A stretch of 63,920 nt of DNA, filler included, from Octopus bimaculoides (taxonomy: Eukaryota), in assembly GCF_001194135.2 (NCBI RefSeq). It is 5 parts of 4 records of this genome, joined end to end, with 100 filler letters (N's around TTAATTAATTAA, not from the genome) between each part and the next. Parts side by side here need not be neighbours in the genome. Positions count along the whole stretch, not along the records: positions 1 to 17,874 come from NC_068984.1; 4 more parts are not named here. One strand, given 5' to 3'. Position numbers and translations under genes: made by a program. The notes under the pieces are model-generated. The model searched no databases. It was not told where the DNA came from and saw only the letters and a list, made by a program, of their open reading frames with translations. The number at the start of each line of letters is the position of its first letter. The stretch's first letter is position 1. Below are positions 1 through 12,350 of the stretch, one piece after another.

Positions 1-23
1 GATTTAAGCAGTAGTGGAGCGAC

Positions 24-166
24 AAAGTTTTAGTATATTGTCAACTTAAGGACACAGTAATTGTGTCAAGGCCGACAGGAAGCGGTCCAGCTTCCTAGGG
101 CTAAACAGCAGTAGTGTATTCCCTTATTGGGATTGTCACATTAAGTTGACAATATACTACAACTTT
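24..166. repeat. Small inverted-repeat element: 26-bp terminal inverted repeats around a 91-bp spacer with internal hairpins
   Basis: aaagttttagtatattgtcaacttaa (24-49) vs ttaagttgacaatatactacaacttt (141-166): 25/26 complementary. Confidence 0.85.
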
Positions 167-420
167 ATATATATATATATATATATATACATATACACAC
201 ACACACATAGGCTCGTCGTATATATACATATATATATATATAGATATATATCCAAGAAAGTTAGGGGTTGTGAAGCCAACCCATGAAGGGATAATATCTA
301 TCCAATATACTGCTAGAAGAATACACAATTATTATTGCACTAGTGTATTTTCATTGCATGGCAATTACATTACCAAGTGTAATAAATGGGTGCGGGTAAA
401 AAGATATTTTACCATTAATT

Positions 421-748
421 TATATAGCAATAAGAAAATGGAGGGGAATAGGTGGTATTTATCGACTTGCAGACATTGTATTGTGTCAGTTTACTTGTTT
501 ATTTGTTCACTAAAGGGACAATAATAACAATATACAAACATATGTAACATATTATGTCATATCAGTAATTAAAAAAAATTATGTCACTATATGTCATTTC
601 TTTTAATTACTGATATGACATAATATGTCACATGTGTTTGTATATTGTTATTATTGTCCTTTTAGTAAACAAATAAACAAGTAAATTGACACAATATTAT
701 GTCTGCAAGTTGATGAATACCACCTATTCCCCTCCATTTTCTTATTGC

Positions 749-756
<8 letters not shown>
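421..756. repeat. Long fold-back palindrome (~154-bp arms, 26-bp loop)
   Basis: 421-574 is the reverse complement of 601-756 (right end runs into (TA)n) with 9 mismatches by manual alignment. Confidence 0.95.
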
Positions 757-777
<21 letters not shown>

Positions 778-780
<3 letters not shown>

Positions 781-920
781 CTTCTTTCAGTTTCCATCTA
801 CCTAATCTATTCACAAGGCTTTGGTCAGTCCTAGGCTATAGTAGAAGACACTTGCCCAAGGTGCCACACAGTGGGACTGAATCCAGAACCATGTGGCTCA
901 GAAGCAACCTTCCTACTACA
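778..920 (-). mobile_element. SINE family A (tRNA-derived, octopus OR/OK-like), 5' half
   Basis: Reverse complement of the head ...ccacatggttccgggttcagtcccactg..gcaccttgggcaagtgtcttctactatagcc... found many times in the window. Confidence 0.85.
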
Positions 921-1114
921 TGAGCAACATGGAGTTAAGGTCACTTCTACCAGACAGAGTAGCTTGAAATGCCTTTACATAGAGTCTAGACTGGTGCTTT
1001 TATGGTTCAATGGCTGCTTGGAACTTACCAATATTTCACTTCTGTAAATGACTAAAAATTACTGCTAGCATCTCTACAATATTTTGGTGAAGACATTCAT
1101 GATTGCAGTGATAA

Positions 1115-1118
1115 AGCC

Positions 1119-1159
<41 letters not shown>

Positions 1160-1620
1160 CAATATCATGATTATCAGTATTATCGTCACCAACACCACCA
1201 CTACCATCACCCTCTGAATCATCATCATCATCATCAACATCGTCATCGTCATCATCATTTTCGTCATCATCATCATCATCATCATCGTTGTCGTCATCAT
1301 TTCTTTTGTTTCAATGGTAAAGATGATGTCTTTGCTGATACTGATGCACAAGTTTTTTTTTCCTTTTTAGGTTTGCTTGTATAGTCTATATTTTTACTGG
1401 CACTGACCAAAAATGATGCTGATGACGATGGCGATGACGGCAGTGGTAGTGGTGGTGTTGGTGAAGGTGGTGGTGTGGTGATGGTGGTGATGTTGATGAT
1501 GATGGTGGTGGTGGTGGCGGCGGTAGCGGTGGTGGTGGTAGTGGCGGTGATGATGATGATGAGGGTGGTGGTGGTGGTAGTGGCGGTGATGATGATGATA
1601 ATGGTGGTGGTGATGAGAAA
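1115..1620. repeat. Compound (GAT)n/(CAT)n/(GGT)n trinucleotide microsatellite tract
   Basis: Direct inspection; source of the poly-M/poly-P pseudo-ORFs. Confidence 0.9.
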
Positions 1621-1702
1621 GTTGTACATGATGTGCTTTTGCAATGACCAGTCATAAACTTTCAACTCCAGCCATGGGCTTGCAACGAACTGACACAGTT
1701 CA

Positions 1703-1753
<51 letters not shown>

Positions 1754-1918
1754 CGTGCACACACATACACAAACACGCACAAAAACACACACACGCACAT
1801 ACACAAACCCGCACAAACACACACACACGCACTTACAAAAACACACACACACATAGACACACACATATACTAACTCTGACTCACGTACACAGAGAAACAT
1901 GTATGTATCTATGTGTGC

Positions 1919-1961
<43 letters not shown>

Positions 1962-2766
1962 TGACTGAACTACAGAGAGCAAGGGTGTGTGGACAAGTAA
2001 ATTCTAAGGAAAAGAGAGAAAACGGTGAAATGAGAGAGACAGATGGCGAAAAAAAGAGAAAGAAAGAGAGAGAGAGGGCGAGAGATGATGCTGAAGTAGA
2101 AATGAATAATTGAGTGAAGAGAATGATTAGAGAATGAAAGGGTGCAGAGAAAAGAAAACAGTGGCAGAAAGAGAGAAGGAGAAGAAGAGAGAGAGAGAGA
2201 GAGAGAGATTATTCAGGAGAGAAAAGCTGAAGTAAAGAACAAAAGAAGCTGATGATTTATGACTAAAGAAGAAGAAAGAATAAAGTTTGATAGTCTGGTT
2301 GTGCTGATGATGGAGAGATTGGCCTCGGTGGAAATGGTTCACCAATATCTCAAGAATTCTTTATAGTTTTTTCAGTTGGTGTTGTTGTATTGGAGCTAGT
2401 TGGCTGGTTGGTTAGTTGGCTGGTTGGTTGGTTGGTTGGTTGGTTGGTTGTTCAAGATGTGGTGTAGTGGTGGTCATGATGGATAAAATGTAATAATTTT
2501 TTTGTTGTAGTATAAGGTTTTGAGTTGCTGATGTTGTTTTTGTTGTTGTTGCTGCTGCTGTTGTGATGTTTTTTTTTGTTTTTGTTGGGTTGATGCAACC
2601 CCTACACACAAACATTCTAACCATAACAATAAATAAATAAATAAAATGTAATGAAATAAACAAAATAAGTAAAGGAAAATGAAAATCAATAGCCATCCAA
2701 CTTACAGACAAACCTACACCCTTTGATCCTCTCTAGGCACTATCTACCCCTCTGACATGTGACCTT

Positions 2767-3251
<485 letters not shown>

Positions 3252-3259
3252 AATAAGAA

Positions 3260-3650
3260 GTTGTTGTTGTTGTTGTTGTTGGCACTCCGTCGCTTATGAC
3301 GTCGAAGTTCCAGTTGATCCGATCAACAGAACAGCCTGCTCGTGAAATTCACGTGCAAGTGGCTGAGCACTCCATAGACATGTGTACTCTTAACGTAGTT
3401 CTCAGGGATATTCAGCGTGACACAGTGTGACAAGGCTGACCCTTTGAATTACAGGCACAACNNNNNNNNNNAGTGAGAGAAAGTTGTGGCAGAAGAGTAC
3501 AGCAGGGTCTGCCACTATCCCCTGCCGGAGCCTCGTGGAGCTTTAGGTGTTTTCGCTCAATAAAAACTCACAACGCCTGGTCTGGGAATCGAAACCGCGA
3601 TCCTATGACCGCGAGTCCACTGCCCTAACCACTGGGCCATTGCGCCTCCA
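3260..3650 (-). mobile_element. tRNA-derived SINE family D with (AAC)n tail
   Basis: Minus strand ggcgcaatggcccagtggttagggcagtggactcgcggtc...ggtttcgattccc has A box and B box; body shared with 29839-29990; 11-N gap inside. Confidence 0.8.
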
Positions 3651-3699
3651 CAATAAGAAGTAGAGTAAGTAAAAGATAAAAGATAAAATACCATTCCAA

Positions 3700-4680
3700 T
3701 ACAAGAAGGAAGAAGGTTCTATTCTACTTATTTCTCTCTGGAAGAATCTGGCTGCTTCCACTTCTAAAGAGAAATGGACAATGCTAACAATGCTAGGTTT
3801 TAAAAATGCTCGAGACATGCTTGCATGTCATGATGGTGCTCCTACAATTCCATCAAGATTTGATGGCCCAAGGAAGCAAGGTATAATTAAAAAAATAGCA
3901 GAAAAATATTGATAGTAAGTATGGAATTACGTATCACACCTTTCTAAATTATTTGAGGATATAATACAATTGATCTTTTCATTGTGTTCCATCTCATCAA
4001 ACACTTTTAACACCAGGCATACTAACCTCATGAAAATCAACTTTACCTTACTGTCTTTGTGGATTATTACATAAGTGCTACTCCTGTGATTAGGCTGAGG
4101 TGGGGAGTTAATTCTAATTCTTTCTCTCTGGAAAGAAACTAGTTGTTAATACCTGGTGAGGGGTTAATTTCACTATGATTTACAAATTACCAATATGTAT
4201 TGTTATGTTACAATGGTGCTCTTATGATTCTGTCAAGAGTTAATGCCCCTAAAAGGGAAGAAAGGCAAGAAAATGTTGACAGTAAATGTGGATCTATATA
4301 ACACACCAGCCTATGTTATCTGACAATGTAGTGCATCTGCTCTTTTCATTGTGTTCCATAGCATCAAACATCACTGCCACCAAACTTACAAACACCTTAC
4401 CTCAAACTCCAACAAGATCAATTTCACCATACCACCTTTTGTAGTTATTAAATAAAATATCAATCTAATATTAGGATGAAGTGGGTTTCATACCTCTTTC
4501 TTTTTTTCTGGAAGAAATCAGCTGCATACTTCTCTGTAGAGGGATTGACTCAACCAATTTTAAAATGCCTAAGACTAGCCACATGCCACAGTGGTGCTCT
4601 TATGACGCCATCAAGAATTGATGGCCCAAGGAAGAAAGGAAGGCAAGAAAATACTGACAGTAAGGTAGGCTGCCACTGAT
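3700..4680 (+). repeat. Degenerate tandem triplication, ~380-bp period
   Basis: Anchors tttctctctggaa at 3731, 4121 and (variant) 4501; atggtgctc...tcaaga...tggcccaaggaag at ~3833, 4213, 4590; tcttttcattgtgttcca at ~3974 and 4341. Confidence 0.8.
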
Positions 4681-4824
4681 GACTCACAGAAATGGTGAAA
4701 TCATGGGATATGGTTGTGCTATCCACTGGTGCAGATGATCATTTCATCAGTTGATATAGTAGGTGCTTAATTAGCATATGTCGTCAATATGAAATTGTAT
4801 CTCTGGACATTAACCTAAGTTTAA

Positions 4825-5043
4825 CCCTTTAGCATTTAAACTGGCCATATCCAGCCTAGATGTTCTACTTGCTTTATCTTCAAACTGGCCTGATCTGTCC
4901 TCTCATACCTACTCTACAATGTCATTCTAAAAATAACAATCACATCATAGAAATATTAAAGCCACAAGATAATGCTTGATTAATTAAAATCAATGTGAGT
5001 ATATAAGCATCATTTTTGACAGAATAATATGAATGCTAAAGAG
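4825..5043. mobile_element. piggyBac-type MITE (219 bp)
   Basis: TTAA at 4821-4824 and 5044-5047; TIRs ccctttagcattta / tgaatgctaaagag (12/14). Confidence 0.85.
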
Positions 5044-5340
5044 TTAAAGCAATCTAAACAACTCATCCAGTTTAAGTTGGATGTGCTAATTATAATTAGT
5101 TTTGTTTTGAGTATTCTCAGGACTAAACATGGTGTCCATTATTTCTGCTTTAGAAATGTGAACTTTTGAAACTTCAGCCATTCCTGCACATTGACATGCA
5201 AACATTGAAGCTGAATATCAGCCATAACACAAATACCTCAATACATGCTGCTGAGGAAGCTTCCACATGGTTGTTTGGTCTGCAAGAAATATCAGCCAAA
5301 TCCCCCTCAAACCACACTCTAATTACTATTGTACAAATAC

Positions 5341-5401
5341 TAAGCCTTGTGAGTAGATTTGGTAGATGGAAACTGAAAGAAGCCCATCATATATATATAT
5401 A

Positions 5402-5434
<33 letters not shown>

Positions 5435-5616
5435 ATGTATGTATGTATGTATTTGTGTGTCTGTTTGTTTCCCCACTGTCACTGGAAAACTGCTGTTGGT
5501 GTGTTTACGTCCCATAACTTAGAGATTCAGCAAATAATAGAATAAGTATAGAATACATACTAAGCTTACAAAGAATAAGTCGCTGTCAAATGACTGAAAT
5601 GAGTAAAAGAATAAAA

Positions 5617-5620
<4 letters not shown>
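5341..5620 (+). mobile_element. SINE family A, 5'-truncated, with internal (TA)/(TG)/(TATG)n
   Basis: aagccttgtgagtagatttggtagatggaaactgaaagaagccc...gtcaaatgactgaaa.gagtaaaagaataaaaga. Confidence 0.8.
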
Positions 5621-5702
<82 letters not shown>

Positions 5703-5719
5703 ATGTATCTGTGTGTGTA

Positions 5720-5945
5720 TCTTTGTGTCTGTGTTTGTCACCTCCATCACCCCTTGACAACAGGTGTTGATGTGCTCCCCTCCCCATAACCTAGTGGTTT
5801 GGCAAAAGAAACTGATAGAATAAGTACTAGGCATTCAAAGAATAAGTCCCTGAGTCAATTTATTTGACTTTAAAAAAAATCCTTCAAAGCAGTGCTCCAG
5901 CATAGCCAGAGTCAAATAACTGGAACAAATAAAAGAATAAAATGA
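5720..5945 (+). mobile_element. SINE family A, 3' half
   Basis: cttgacaacaggtgttg...ggcaaaagaaactgatagaataagtactagg...gtgctccagcatagcc..gtcaaataactggaac. Confidence 0.8.
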
Positions 5946-6642
5946 TAAGAAAGAAAGTAGTGCTGGTTGCTGCAGTAAGGGTGGTGTTGATGGCAGTGAT
6001 GATGGTGGCGATGGTGGACATGGTGGTGGTGGTGGTGGTGGTGGGGTTTGATTTAATAGGGTTTGTGGCTGTCTATAGTTTGTTGTTCATGCTATGCTCC
6101 TTGTTTACTGTTATAGTCTGACGAGGTATGACAGGTTGTTTGTTGTTATTATTGTTGTTGTTATTATTGTTATTGTTGTTGTTGTTATTATTGCTGTTTA
6201 TGTTATCATTAACATTGGCTCAAGAGCCAGTTGGATTGTTGTCGAAACTGTTGCCACTATTTTGTTTTATATTTTATTTCATTTCATTTTATTTTATTTA
6301 TTTTCATTAGGTTTGGTGAGTTGCCATTAGTCATTGTCAGCCTCTGTATTATTATTATTATTATTATCATCATCACCATCATCATCATCATCATCATCAT
6401 CATCATTATTATTAGTAGTAGTAGTTGATAGTTTCGTTTTTATTTATTATCCTGGTCAGTATGAGGTATGGTTTGGTTGCTCGCTTGACTCTTGTTTTTC
6501 CTATGGAAAGGTGAGGGTGTAGTCTCCAGTACTTGTTTATTGTTATGGTTCAATGAAGTGCGCATGTTGTTTACTTTATGTAGCATGGAGTTCTTGTTTA
6601 GTTGCTATTTTATTGACTTTATTTATTTACTTTTTATGTGTG

Positions 6643-6687
<45 letters not shown>

Positions 6688-6842
6688 TAGTAGAATTATG
6701 TTTGTATGTCTGAGAGAATGTATATGCACTGTATATATTTGAATGTACATCACATATTCNNNNNNNNNNAGCAAACAACCAGCCCGCACATATATTTAAG
6801 TATATTTATACACACACAAATACACACATACAAATATATATC

Positions 6843-6892
<50 letters not shown>

Positions 6893-7119
6893 ATATGTTT
6901 GTATGTACATCACATATACACTTTTCCATTCACAAGCAAACAACCAGCTGTTCAAAGAACCATTTGATCAGTATTCTAGTCTAAGCCATCTTTGCTCATA
7001 TTGTAGTGGTATTCTGTCTTAAGATTCAAGACACACACATATGCACATATGGCGCCTAGCTTAAAAAAACTACTGAAGTTTGGCTGAAGGAGGATTTTAC
7101 TATCATATTGGTTAACTCT

Positions 7120-7330
7120 TTAACCATACAGCCATCTACTTATATCCTTTGCTCGATATTTTAGGCACTGAGCAATCCCTCTCTTTACATTGTATGGTTG
7201 GTGGAAATCGAAGTTGAGGTATTGTCCAATGAAGATTGGCTTGCGGTATATGATTGTCCTGGATCCATATTTGGTACGTGTTATTAATACATCCAGGAAT
7301 GCTAGCTGATTGTCTTTTTCCTTTTTGATT
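7120..7330 (-). pseudogene. Penelope-like element reverse transcriptase C-terminal fragment
   Basis: KKEKDNQLAFLDVLITRTKYGSRTIIYRKPIFIGQYLNFDFHQPYNVKRGIAQCLKYRAKDIS matches the FLDV...YRKPT..G.YLNF.S.HP...K.GI..CL..RA pattern of PLE RTs (recognised, not searched). Confidence 0.85.
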
Positions 7331-7338
7331 AATAACAA

Positions 7339-7497
7339 TAATAATAACAATAACATCAGAAAAATACCATAGGAATGAGAACCCAGGTTTGAAATATCCC
7401 CAAGAGTCCTGATGAAGACTGGAGAGTACATCAGCCAAAGCATTGTGTTAACAATAAACAAGATAAGGACAAATATCTGTCAAATGTAAATAATGTA

Positions 7498-7500
<3 letters not shown>
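7339..7500 (+). mobile_element. Family C terminal repeat (pLTR-like) with a decayed hammerhead at 7404-7449
   Basis: Homologous to the reverse complement of 53030-53200; CTGATGAAG..TCAGCC is retained but GAAACGT is mutated to aaagcat. Confidence 0.8.
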
Positions 7501-7540
<40 letters not shown>

Positions 7541-7541
<1 letters not shown>

Positions 7542-7914
7542 TCTTTTACTCTTTTACTTGTTTCAGTCATTTGACTGTGGTCTTGCTGGAGCACCACCTT
7601 TAGTCGAGCAAATTGACCCCAGGATTTATTCTTTGTAAGCCCAGTACTTATTCTATCGGACTCTTTTGCCGAACCGTTAAGTTACGGGGACGTAAACACA
7701 CCAGCATCGGTTGTCAAGCGATGTTGGAGGGACAAACACAGACACACACACATACATATATGAATATATACATATATACGACGGGCTTCTTTCAGTTTCC
7801 GTCTACCAAATCCACTGACAAGGCTCTGGTCGGCCTGAGGCTATAGCAGAAGACACTTGCCCAAGGTGCCACGCAGTGGGACTGAACCCGGAAACATGTG
7901 GTTGGTAAGCAAGC
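7541..7914 (-). mobile_element. SINE family A, near full length, 5' end lost in N gap
   Basis: ctcttttacttgtttcagtcatttgactgtgg...gccgaaccgttaag...gacacttgcccaaggtgccacgcagtgggactgaacccgg. Confidence 0.9.
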
Positions 7915-8384
7915 NNNNNNNNNNNNNNNNNNNNNNNNNNNNNNNNNNNNNNNNNNNNNNNNNNNNNNNNNNNNNNNNNNNNNNNNNNNNNNNNNNNNNN
8001 NNNNNNNNNNNNNNNNNNNNNNNNNNNNNNNNNNNNNNNNNNNNNNNNNNNNNNNNNNNNNNNNNNNNNNNNNNNNNNNNNNNNNNNNNNNNNNNNNNNN
8101 NNNNNNNNNNNNNNNNNNNNNNNNNNNNNNNNNNNNNNNNNNNNNNNNNNNNNNNNNNNNNNNNNNNNNNNNNNNNNNNNNNNNNNNNNNNNNNNNNNNN
8201 NNNNNNNTATATATATATATATATATATACATACATGTATAAATTTGAAACTTTGGATATATAAACAATGAGAACGATCCTTAAGGAATCTAATTAATGA
8301 TTCTTTGAGGTGAAATCTTATGCTATATTGGTAACGATTACAGAGTTTACTTTGAAAAATTACATATATATATAGACTTTTGTA

Positions 8385-8900
8385 ATCATCATCCTCCTCA
8401 TCATCAAAGTTTAACATCCATTTTCCGTACTGGCATGGGTTAGACAGTTTGATAAGGAACCGGAGAGCTGTCCAGACTCTAACAGTCTGATGTGGCATGA
8501 TTTCTATGGCTGGATGCCTTTCCTAATGCTAAATTCTTTACGAAGTGTGCTGGGTGCTTTTTATGTTCCACTGGCATGGGTGCATCAATGCAGCATTGAC
8601 ACCAGTGCATTTTGAGTGGCACAGGCACCGGTAACCGACAAGCTTGTATGTATAGATAACAGTGATTTTATTTAGCTTGATGTGTCTTCTCAAGTATAGC
8701 AGTAAATTGCCACAACTTCTGCTCCCTTGTCTCCTCCTCAGTGAGGCTCAGCATCCAAAGATCCTTTCTCACCTCTTCCTCGTACATCTTCCTGGGTCTA
8801 CCCCTTCCAATAACTCCCCCCCCACACACACACACACAATTAGAGCTTGGCATTTCTTTACGCAGCTACTCTTGCCTTGACATCATATGATGGCTGCAAA
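8385..8900 (-). mobile_element. RTE-clade LINE 3' fragment (ORF C-terminus, 3'UTR, (GAT)n tail)
   Basis: GRGRPRKMYEEEVRKDLWMLSLTEEETREQKLWQFTAILEKTHQAK* (stop at ~8668) has the RTE C-terminal GRPR..W pattern; tail ggatgttaaactttgatgatg. Confidence 0.85.
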
Positions 8901-10114
8901 TAACATCATCATCATGTAAGCAATGTTGCTTGTTTCTAGATTTCTATGAATAATATCTAACCAGGGAAAAGATGCCTCAATGAATTCCACCTGACCCATG
9001 CAAGCACAGAAAATTGTACATTAAACTTATGAAGACAATGTCATAGTCAAAGAAATATTTGACAAATCACTACATATCTTAATGTACCCAAATTATTATT
9101 ATTTAACAAGTAAAAAGAAAATAACTAAAACAAGATAGGCTTTATAAAAATAGGAAGAAAAAATCTACAGTTAAATTATTTGAAAAGTAATAGAACTTTA
9201 GCATTTAAACAGAGTAAAAATGTATAGGCTTAATGAAAGTAGGAAGTGTTCTCTTATTTTGTAATGAAATTAATTTCGTATAAATAAAAGAAAATGTATA
9301 ATGAAATAAATAGGAAAAAATTTTTTTTTAAGTGAAGAGAATTTAGCAACTTTATCTTGACTGAATAATTTTTTTAATGTAAGTAAATATCTTAGTATAA
9401 ATAGGAATTTTATTTCAATCAATTTGCTATGGGACAATCTGTGATTAATGAAAATAATAATTATGACAACAAAATGAACAGTCGAATAATAAACATAGAA
9501 ATTAAAAAAAAAAAAGACAGGAAATAAAAAAAATAAATGAAGAAAGAAGGAAAATGCAAAGAAAGGATTTTTGATTTTTTTCTTTTTTTGCAAACCAAAG
9601 TTGCCTTCAAAACAAACTTTGGAATAATGAGTCATTTAGAGAATAAAGAAAACCAAACAGATTTCTGTAAAAATTTTAAAGAATATTTTTTAAATCTTGC
9701 AAAGCAAAATTATAAAATATATTATAAACATTTAAAAATAAATATAATTAAAATAGGAGGAAAAAAGTAATGTAACAAAAAACTTTATTTTAAAAACAAA
9801 ATAAATAAAATATTTGCTTAATCAACTGAAGAATTTGAAAACAATCAATGTTATTTTGTGATAGTTGTTGTTGATTTGTTAGTGTTTATTTTCATCATTA
9901 TTGCTGTTTTTATTTTTATAGTTGTAGTTGTTATTTTCATACTGTTCTGTAAATATTTCTTTTAAAAAGTAGTTTTTCAACTAATTTATTTTTAGTTATG
10001 GATAAATCATCGAAGAAGATTTCATGACAGGAACAAGGAAGAAATAAACTTACAATACTGTTGTTGTTGTTGTTGGTAGTGGGGCTGGGGTAGTGTTGTT
10101 GTTGCAGTTATCTC

Positions 10115-10157
<43 letters not shown>

Positions 10158-10431
10158 TAGAGGAAAGCATGAAGAGTTGTATTTCTTGAAATAAAAATGT
10201 GTACATGCTGGAAAACATGCATAGAAGAGTTCAATATTGATTTCAAATTTTGGCACAATGNNNNNNNNNNCTTTTTTTTTTTTTTTTGCATCAATCCCGG
10301 TGCTCAACACTTACTTATTTCACCAACCCCAAAAGAATGAAAGACAAAGTCGACCGCGGAGGAATTTAAACTTAGTACATGAAGACGGACAAAATACCTC
10401 TAAGTATTTAGTCCGGCATGTTAATGATTCT

Positions 10432-10667
10432 TATTTCTTTATAGCCTACAAGGGGCTAAACATAGAGGGGACAAACAAGGACAGACAAAGGGATTAAGTC
10501 AATTACATCGACCCCAGTGCATAACTGGTACTTAATTTATCGACCCCGAAAGGATGAAAGGCAAAGGCGACCTTGGCGGAATTTGAACTCAGAACGTAAC
10601 TAATGGCAGACGAAATACCACTAAGCATTTCACCCGGCGTGCGAACATTTCTGCCAGCTTGCTGCCA
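10432..10667 (-). mobile_element. SINE family B nested in an older family B copy
   Basis: Full body ggcagcaagctggcagaaatg...cctttcatcctttcggggtcgataaattaagtaccag; 10-bp TSD taatgattct at 10422-10431 and 10668-10677. Confidence 0.85.
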
Positions 10668-10865
10668 TAATGATTCTGCATGTTAATAATTCTGCCAGCT
10701 CACTGCCTTTAAAGAGTTTAATATTGGTTTCAAATTTTGGCACAAAGCCAGCAATTTCAGTGGAGAGGAAAGTTGATTACATTGACTCTAGTGTTTAACT
10801 GGTACTTATTTCATTAATCCCAAAGGTATGAAAAGCAAAGTTGATCTTGGCAGAATTTGAACTCA

Positions 10866-11084
10866 GAAGCTTGCTTACCAACCACATGGTTCCGGGTTCA
10901 GTCCCACTGCATGGCACCTTGGGCAAGTGTCTTCTACTATAGCCTCGGGCTGACCAAAGCCTTGTGAGTGGATTTGGTAGACGAAAACTGAAAGAAGCCC
11001 GTCGTATATATGTATATATATATATATATATGATATATATATATATATATATATATATANNNNNNNNNNNNNNNNNNNNNNNNN

Positions 11085-11118
<34 letters not shown>

Positions 11119-11325
11119 TGTGTCTGTGTTTGTCCCCCTAGCATTGCTTGACAACCGATGCTGGTGTGTTTATGTCCCCGTCACTTACTGGTTCGGCAAA
11201 AGAGACCGATAGAATAAGTATTAAGCTTCCAAATAATAAGTCCTGGGGTCAATTTGCTCGACTAAACGTGGTGCTCTAGCATGGCCACAGTCAAATAACT
11301 GAAACAAGTAAAAGTGTAAAAGAGT
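10866..11325 (+). mobile_element. SINE family A, near full length, internal (TA)n-gap-(TG)n
   Basis: gcttgcttaccaaccacatggttccgggttcagtcccactgc...gtcaaataactgaaacaagtaaaagtgtaaaagag; abuts a minus-strand family B fragment (10725-10868). Confidence 0.9.
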
Positions 11326-11889
11326 ATGGAGAAAATGCCATTAAGCATTTTGCTCAGCATGCTTACAATTCCGCTAGCTCACCACCTTTAGAGAGTTCAA
11401 TATTAAGAAGTAGGTGCATAGAACAAAATATAATGTTTAACAAGGATGTTCATGGTTTTCAGAATGTTGAGGGTTAGCAAAAAATGTTTAAGGTTAACAA
11501 TAGTATTCAAGGTTAAAATATGATAAGAATGACGTAAGAATGAGATAGGCATGGCTGAGCGGTCAAGACAGTTACTTACCGGTCACATGGTTTCATGGTC
11601 AATACCATTGTATGTCACCTCGAGTAAGTTTCTTCTAATTATTTGCTAGGCCACCCAAAAACTTGTGTATTGATTTGGTTGGTGGATTCTGAGAGAAACC
11701 TATTAAGCATGCACGTATGTGAGGGCCTTATAAACCTCCTCTTCCTTCTAATTATCATCATCACCATCACCACCACCACAATTCAATGTCCCACTAAAAT
11801 AAAAGAAAAAGTTTTGGATCTTACGCCCCATCACAATTTTCCCAGGACCCACCAGTGGTGCGTATGCCCCGTATTGGGAATCACTGCTT

Positions 11890-11972
<83 letters not shown>

Positions 11973-11989
11973 GTGTATGTGTGTGGGTG

Positions 11990-12350
11990 CCTCATCATCA
12001 TTATCATCATTTAACCTCTATTTTCCACTCTAGCATAGGTTGAACAGTTTGACAAGATCTGACAAGCCACAAGACTGTATCAATCTCCAATGTCTGCTTT
12101 GGCTTGGTTTTCACTCTTGGATGCCCGTCCTAATGTCTACTACTTGTACTATGTGCATTTTTTTCACGCTACGAGTGCTAGTGAGGTCACCAAGCAACAT
12201 GCAATACACGAAAAGAAAAAAGTAAAAGCCCCCTCAACTCAACAGGGGTGGGGCTGTATTTGAGAAATAGATGGTGGCTTTATGCAAGGTGTTGAAAGGC
12301 TAGATTATGATAGAGAGGAAACTGCTGAGTTCTGGCTACGTCTGATGAGG
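11990..12350 (-). mobile_element. RTE-type 3'UTR/tail fragment (old)
   Basis: catcatttaacctctattttcca..agcataggttgaacagtttgac...ggatgcccgtcctaatg parallels 8385-8540 and 14337-14495. Confidence 0.65.

Noticed and set aside
280-310. cccatgaagggataatatctatcc resembling the H3 hammerhead 5' core and stem II
   Set aside because: Core has two mismatches, GAAA is absent and there is no stem I; at best a heavily decayed relic
6725-6948. Direct repeat of gtacatcacatat...agcaaacaaccagc around a 10-N gap
   Set aside because: Short and gap-adjacent; may be an assembly overlap
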